The notes beneath the pieces were generated by a model that saw only the letters and a program-made list of their open reading frames with translations, searched no databases and was not told the origin of the DNA. From Nitrosopumilales archaeon (GTDB lineage: Archaea; Thermoproteota; Nitrososphaeria; Nitrososphaerales; Nitrososphaeraceae): 12,174 bases of DNA. Shown one piece after another: positions 7,200-12,174 of the stretch. Each line of letters begins with the position of its first letter. Position 1 is the first letter of the stretch. The translations under genes were made by a program, and so were the position numbers. The DNA lies in NCBI GenBank assembly GCA_044507735.1, contig JBIQJB010000044.1, positions 1 through 12,174 on the forward strand, in the 5' to 3' direction.

Positions 7200-7348
7200 A
7201 AGTTATAGATAATTTTGCCGCACTTTTGGTTGCGCCTGAAGAGGAATCGATAACGTGTGACCTGTGCGGCCAGGAAGCAGCCATATTTCAAGAGGAAGGC
7301 AACTTTTGTTTGCTGTGCTGGCAAGAGATAACAGAACCGCGGATATAA
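7193..7348 (+). CDS. Small acidic zinc-finger protein (51 aa, CxxC-x13-CxxC), absent from the ORF track
   Basis: GTG start overlapping the previous stop by 7 nt; MLEVIDNFAALLVAPEEESITCDLCGQEAAIFQEEGNFCLLCWQEITEPRI*. Confidence 0.6.
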   Translation: MLEVIDNFAALLVAPEEESITCDLCGQEAAIFQEEGNFCLLCWQEITEPRI

Positions 7349-7588
7349 TCCAAGAGGTTGCAAGGGTAATCATTTGATTGCATGTTTGGATGCCAATTTC
7401 TCTTCACGTTTCTGTGCGAGTTTGAGAAGTGCAGTGAGAGTCTGTATGTAGCAGGTTCAGAAGAAGCTTTGGCGCCTACTCAAGACGACAAGAATTTGAG
7501 TACTGGTTGGACGGACATCGCTTTACAAAGTGGATGAAAGGAAGTCGAATAAGTTACTTTTATTTAATGCAGATAAATCCTGTCAATT

Positions 7589-8209
7589 GTGCTGGACAAG
7601 ATCAAGAAAAGAGTGGAAAAGACACTTGAAGGGCGCGACCCTGCGCACGACTTCCAGCACATAATGCGAGTATACAGAAACGCAGAGCTGATCGGCAAAA
7701 AGGAAGGCGCGGACTTGGAAATCCTGCTCCCGGCGGTGTTACTGCATGATCTCGTGGTTTATCCCAAGGGAAGTGCCAAGACATCCAAGTCAGCGGACGA
7801 TAGTGCTGACCTAGCTGAAAAGTGGCTGCGCGGTTACGGCTACCCTCAGGACAAGATTGACAAGATATCCTACTGCATAAGGACCCATAGCTACTCCAAG
7901 AGGCTCATCCCTTTGACCCTTGAGGGCAAAGTACTGCAGGATGCAGACAGGCTAGATGCCCTCGGCGCCATAGGAATTGCAAGAACGTTCAGCGTCGGAG
8001 GCTTGGAGAAAAGATCATTCTATAATCCTGCCGATCCTTTCGGGAAGTCAAAGAGGGGGCTGAACGACAGAGAGTGGACTCTTGATCATTTCCAGTCAAA
8101 ACTTCTCAAGCTGAGCAAGTCCATGCACACAAGAACGGCTCAGAAAATTGCCAGAGAGCGATCCAAATTCATGGAATCGTTCATCAAGCAGCTGCAAAGA
8201 GAGATCTAG
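7589..8209 (+). CDS. HD-domain metal-dependent phosphohydrolase (YedJ/YpgQ-like)
   Basis: AHDFQHIMRV, LLHD, THS, LQDADRLDALGAIGIARTF, DHFQSKLLKL...MHT; GTG start with an AT-rich TATA-like tract at about 7558-7567. Confidence 0.9.
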   Translation: MLDKIKKRVEKTLEGRDPAHDFQHIMRVYRNAELIGKKEGADLEILLPAVLLHDLVVYPKGSAKTSKSADDSADLAEKWLRGYGYPQDKIDKISYCIRTHSYSKRLIPLTLEGKVLQDADRLDALGAIGIARTFSVGGLEKRSFYNPADPFGKSKRGLNDREWTLDHFQSKLLKLSKSMHTRTAQKIARERSKFMESFIKQLQREI

Positions 8210-8511
8210 CTATAGTCAACATAATACTTGTATCGCTTTTCCACTTCCTTATTTTCACCTGCAATAACACGTGCGATCTCGCGTTCAAGGGCCTTCCTTG
8301 CATGCTCCCTGAACTGAACAGCTTCTGGTGTTTGTGGGAAAGTTCCGAGTGTGTATTCAAGATGCTTCATGAATTCGACAACCTTGGTCCTGAACTCTTC
8401 CTTTTCAGGGCGCTTGTTTCCCGTTATCTTGAACCATGATGTCGCGCATGCAGTAGAATATATCTTGGCAAGGTCTTCTACAAGCCTGTCAATTTCAAAA
8501 TAATCAGGCAT
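8206..8511 (-). CDS. Hypothetical helical protein (~101 aa)
   Basis: MPDYFEIDRLVEDLAKIY...YKYYVDYS has natural helical composition; minus-strand TTATATA (8540-8534) lies 23-29 nt upstream of ATG 8511, favouring it over the 8556 start. Confidence 0.7.
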   Translation of the reverse strand: MPDYFEIDRLVEDLAKIYSTACATSWFKITGNKRPEKEEFRTKVVEFMKHLEYTLGTFPQTPEAVQFREHARKALEREIARVIAGENKEVEKRYKYYVDYS

Positions 8512-8618
8512 GGTGATAATTTCCAATCCGAAGTATATAATCTGCTCAATAACCATTTGCTGCGGTCGTGCGGAAATATTTTAAGTGATGAGCAAGCCTA
8601 TTGCTGTCAGATAGCCGG

Positions 8619-9872
8619 ATGCTTGTAAAGATTTCAATCATGATATCTATCCTCCTCGCTGCCGCTGCCCTACAGCAGGCCAGCGCGCAGGTTCCCGCAT
8701 TTTTCCCCTCGGTGAAAGATCCGGACCTAATTGTCGAGGAATATATCCCACACTTGCAGCATCCGACAAGCATAGCGTTTGTAGATGATGAGACGCTTCT
8801 AATCCTGCACAAGAACGACGGAACAGTCCGCGTGGCAAGGAACGGGATTCTCGACAGCCAACCCGCCCTTGATGTGGGCGTGGCAAACGAGGGAGAGCAG
8901 GGCATGTTGGGAATAGCGGTCAAGGGAAGCACAGTCTACCTCTACTTCAGCGAATCTTCAAGTGACGGAGGTGAAGCGATTAGCAAGCGCGTCTACAAGT
9001 ACACTTGGAACGGTCAGGAACTAGTCGATCCAGTGCTCGTCAAAGACCTACCGGCAACTCGGTCCTACCATAACGGCGGCGCTATGGCAGTAGCACCGGA
9101 CGGCACGGTCTACTTGGTCGTCGGCGACACGGGCAGGTATGGACTGCTGCAGAACAACGCAGAAGGAGAGCTCTTTCCAGACACCAGCGTCATAATGCCG
9201 GTCGAGCCGGAAGGACCGTATTATGCTATTGGCATCAGGAACAGCTTTGGGATGGCTTTTGACCCGGTGACAGGCAAGATGTGGATAACAGAGAACGGAA
9301 ATGACAACTACGACGAGGTAAACCTTGTGGAGCCAGGGTTCAACAGCGGGTGGAACCAGGCAATGGGCCCGGCAACCGATGACCAGATTGCAAGAATGGT
9401 CGTTGACTATGGTAATTATACGTACGCCGATCCCAAGTTCAGTTGGCAACGGACCGTGGCACCAGCAGGCCTGACGTTTATCGATTCTGGCCCCCCCTCA
9501 AGGTACGGCGACAGCCTATTTGTGGGCGACTGCAATTTTGGCAACATCTACAGGTTTGAACTCAACGAAGAAAGGGACGGATTTGTGATAAAGGACGCCC
9601 GGCTTGCAGACAAAGTTGCAAACTTGGAAGACTCTACAGCAGAGATAGTCTTTGGGGAGAGGTTTGGCTGCGTGACTGACCTGGATGTCGGCCCCGACGG
9701 GCTGCTGTACGTAACCACCTACTCTCCGTTTACCACCAGCGCAATTTACCGGGTGGTTCCAAAGTCAGACGCCGGCTACAACATGCAGATGCTCTACGTC
9801 GTTGCGGCAGTAGGCGCAGGGATCGCAGGAGTTATTGCCTACAAGAGATCTCGCAGGAAAAAATCTAGCTGA
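8619..9872 (+). CDS. PQQ-dependent sugar dehydrogenase family (GSDH) beta-propeller, secreted and C-terminally membrane-anchored
   Basis: Signal peptide ending ASA-Q, GEQGMLGIA, HNGG, GIRNSFGMAFDP, ENG...DEVN...GFNSGW, APAG, GPDGLLYV; C-terminal hydrophobic helix plus KRSRRKK; start uncertain (TTG 8601, ATG 8619 or ATG 8640). Confidence 0.88.
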   Translation: MLVKISIMISILLAAAALQQASAQVPAFFPSVKDPDLIVEEYIPHLQHPTSIAFVDDETLLILHKNDGTVRVARNGILDSQPALDVGVANEGEQGMLGIAVKGSTVYLYFSESSSDGGEAISKRVYKYTWNGQELVDPVLVKDLPATRSYHNGGAMAVAPDGTVYLVVGDTGRYGLLQNNAEGELFPDTSVIMPVEPEGPYYAIGIRNSFGMAFDPVTGKMWITENGNDNYDEVNLVEPGFNSGWNQAMGPATDDQIARMVVDYGNYTYADPKFSWQRTVAPAGLTFIDSGPPSRYGDSLFVGDCNFGNIYRFELNEERDGFVIKDARLADKVANLEDSTAEIVFGERFGCVTDLDVGPDGLLYVTTYSPFTTSAIYRVVPKSDAGYNMQMLYVVAAVGAGIAGVIAYKRSRRKKSS

Positions 9873-9955
9873 ATCAATAACCCGTCTCGATATTCATTGT
9901 TCATAACAATTTTTCACAAGATTAATAGTCGCTAGAGCATGTTCAAAGGCTAACA

Positions 9956-10507
9956 ATGAAAGGCTGTGTGATATGGCTTACGGGGCTCCCATCCGCAGGG
10001 AAATCAACCATTTCAAAGATAATCCACGACAGGCTGAAGGCCAAGGGAATTAGGGTTGAGCTCTTGGACGGCGACGAGGTCCGGAGAAACCTGAGCCCAG
10101 ATCTAGGCTTTTCAAAGACAGATAGGGAGACGCACGCCAAGAGGGTGACCTATGTGAGCAAGCTTTTGGCAAGGAACGGGGTGATCGCGATCGTCGCTCT
10201 TATTTCTCCATATAGGTCATTTAGGGAGTCCGCGAGGCGTACCATTGGTGACGATTTCATAGAGGTGTTTGTCAACGCGCCGCTTGAAGAGTGCATGAGG
10301 CGCGATGTCAAGGGTCTTTACAAGAAGGCAATTGCGGGCGAGATAAAGGACATGACAGGCGTTCAGGATGTTTATGAGGAGCCCGCAAACCCCGAGATCA
10401 CAATATATTCCAACAAGGTTTCTCCCGAAGAGGCGGCAGATTCCATCATAGCCAAATTGCAAGAATTTGGATATCTGGATCAGAACTTTATTTCTGCAGA
10501 AGCTTGA
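9956..10507 (+). CDS. cysC: Adenylyl-sulfate (APS) kinase
   Basis: IWLTGLPSAGKSTI, LDGDEVR, LGFSKTDR, ISPYR, RDVKGLYKKA..GEI..MTGV..VYE. Confidence 0.93.
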   Translation: MKGCVIWLTGLPSAGKSTISKIIHDRLKAKGIRVELLDGDEVRRNLSPDLGFSKTDRETHAKRVTYVSKLLARNGVIAIVALISPYRSFRESARRTIGDDFIEVFVNAPLEECMRRDVKGLYKKAIAGEIKDMTGVQDVYEEPANPEITIYSNKVSPEEAADSIIAKLQEFGYLDQNFISAEA

Positions 10508-11126
10508 ACGCGTGGTTGCCGCTGCCCTTTTTGAAATAACACACTATCCACAGCATTGCTAGCTGCTCGAGCAGGCGGGCCCCCTCTATCCCCCCGATGT
10601 CAATACTCTCCCATCCAAACGAGTCTAGTATTTCTGTTACGATCTTTTTTGCACTCGGATCGTTGCCGCACAAGAACATCGTCGGCGGACCTCCTGGAAA
10701 ATCCGGCTTGAACATGTGAGCATTGCCTACGATGTTAAAAGCCTTGACAACCAGGGCATCAGGAATCAGGCGTTGCACAGTCTCCCCGCCGGAGTCGCTG
10801 TGACCCAAGGCAAGTCGCGGCGGCACCCCATTTGAAAAGTCAAGAGGGTTTGTGACGTCGACTACAACCTTGCCACTGAAATTTTTCTTGCCAGCCATCT
10901 CGATAGCTGAAGGCGTTCCTTCCCAAAGGGTCGCAAGAACTACTATATCTCCAAACGATGCTGCATCCGAGAAACTGCCTGTAGATACTTTACCTTCATT
11001 TCTTGTGGCCCACTGCGAGATCTTGTCAGGGCTGCGCGACCCCACTTTGACTGTATGACCCGTCGCAACAAACCCCTCTGCCAGTCGGAGCCCGACCTCG
11101 CCGGATCCTAGGATGCCAACATTCAT
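10488..11126 (-). CDS. NADPH-dependent F420 reductase family (F420_oxidored/Fno-like) oxidoreductase
   Basis: Rossmann GILGSGEVG, GSRS, VDVTNPL, SGGE, VVKAFN; TTTTTAAG on the minus strand 23-30 nt upstream. Confidence 0.85.
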   Translation of the reverse strand: MNVGILGSGEVGLRLAEGFVATGHTVKVGSRSPDKISQWATRNEGKVSTGSFSDAASFGDIVVLATLWEGTPSAIEMAGKKNFSGKVVVDVTNPLDFSNGVPPRLALGHSDSGGETVQRLIPDALVVKAFNIVGNAHMFKPDFPGGPPTMFLCGNDPSAKKIVTEILDSFGWESIDIGGIEGARLLEQLAMLWIVCYFKKGSGNHAFKLLQK

Positions 11127-11157
11127 GGAGATAAAAGAGTGAGCTGCGCTTAAAAAG

Positions 11158-12174
11158 TTACCAGTAGTTGGCCTTTATCTTCTCGATGACGCGCTCATGT
11201 TCGGCGCCCTTTCTTCTTGCATACTTTTCCATTGCAGACAGCGGCACACCTCCAAGTGTTGAAGCAAGCTGGGTGAAGAACCAGTTCTTTATCGGGTTGT
11301 CGCGCCCAACCTTGCTCATGAACTTTTGGATCCCATACTTGAAATTGTGCTGCCAAGTCTTGTACATTACACCAAGCTTTGCAGGGTCCATCGTGTTGCC
11401 GATGTCGTAAAAGTCTGATTTCTCGAGAAGCCCTATTGGTACAAATGTAAGAGGCGTAGTGGTAAACTTACTGTCAGGCTGCTCTGTCTCAATCTCATGG
11501 ATTAGCTGTATCGTTTCCCAGCTGTCCTCAGGGGTCTCGTCGTTGTCAAGTCCCATGATAAGAGTGAACGCAGGAACCCAATAATGCTCGTTGAGTACCT
11601 TGATTCCCTCCTTGACCACCCAGTGCCATTCGTCCGGGCGATATGGTGCAAGTTTCCTGTCGGCATACTTGCCGATGAGCCTCGTGCTGCCTGTCTCAAA
11701 CCCACACTGGATGCCGATGTGGTTGTTGGGTCCGGACTTGATTATCTTGGAGACATTTGGTATGAGGCGTTCGTCAGCTATTGCACCCGCAAGAGTTCCG
11801 TGCGTCGGGTTTGTGTGCTCGATGCCAGTGGCCATGATGCCCTTGAAGAGCTCTTCAATTGCCTCTCTGTTTGGCTGCATGTTCTTTGTAGTCCTTGGAT
11901 TGAGGCCATAGACGAAAATGTCGTCGCTGTGGACCCAGGCGTTCTTTAGCCCTCCGTACTTCATGTTCACCTCGATTTCCTTCTGCACCTTCTCTACTGG
12001 ATAGTAGCGCAGTGGCCTGAGAGTCACGTCGCAGAACTTGCACCCCCTGCCGCAGCCGCGCATGACTTCTATCATGCCGTGCATGCTTGGGTTGACGATG
12101 TTTGGAATCTCATCGATGGATGGCTCGTTCCAGTAGTGGATGAACCTGCCATGGAGCGTCCTGTTGTTCCTGAT
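11158..12174 (-). CDS. Radical SAM protein, probably the archaeal B12-binding-domain type; 5' part lies outside the window
   Basis: IEVMRGCGRGCKFC (CxxxCxxC), GIQCGFETGS, TLIMGL..ET.ED; the frame stays open from 12084 to the window edge (IRNNRTLHGRFIHYWNEPSIDEIPNIVNPSM). Confidence 0.88.
   Translation of the reverse strand: MRNNRTLHGRFIHYWNEPSIDEIPNIVNPSMHGMIEVMRGCGRGCKFCDVTLRPLRYYPVEKVQKEIEVNMKYGGLKNAWVHSDDIFVYGLNPRTTKNMQPNREAIEELFKGIMATGIEHTNPTHGTLAGAIADERLIPNVSKIIKSGPNNHIGIQCGFETGSTRLIGKYADRKLAPYRPDEWHWVVKEGIKVLNEHYWVPAFTLIMGLDNDETPEDSWETIQLIHEIETEQPDSKFTTTPLTFVPIGLLEKSDFYDIGNTMDPAKLGVMYKTWQHNFKYGIQKFMSKVGRDNPIKNWFFTQLASTLGGVPLSAMEKYARRKGAEHERVIEKIKANYW

Noticed and set aside
1-12174. CRISPR array, tRNA, rRNA, IS element or integrase
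   Set aside because: No periodic direct repeats, cloverleaf/T-loop signatures or transposase/integrase motifs were seen by eye

Overview
Gene-dense archaeal chromosomal window. Gene content, short TATA-proximal (probably leaderless) starts and protein styles suggest Nitrososphaeria/Thaumarchaeota; this is inference, not a search result. From left to right: a winged-helix protein; an asparagine-synthetase C-terminal-domain-only gene divergent from a queD-queC pair, where QueD carries an unexpected N-terminal PD-(D/E)xK/Vsr-like nuclease-type domain; a Clp1-family polynucleotide kinase; a 5'-truncated, frameshifted APC permease-USP fusion; DUF72; a compact divergent module of three small Cys-rich (zinc-binding) proteins around a perfect 16-bp palindrome, including a 51-aa ORF missing from the ORF track; an HD hydrolase; a hypothetical protein; a membrane-anchored GSDH beta-propeller; cysC; an F420/NADP oxidoreductase-family gene; and the 3' part of a radical SAM gene. 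No rRNA, tRNA, CRISPR array or transposase was seen. The best candidates for new biology are the nuclease-like-QueD/QueC/AsnB-like/Clp1 cluster and the small zinc-protein switch module.
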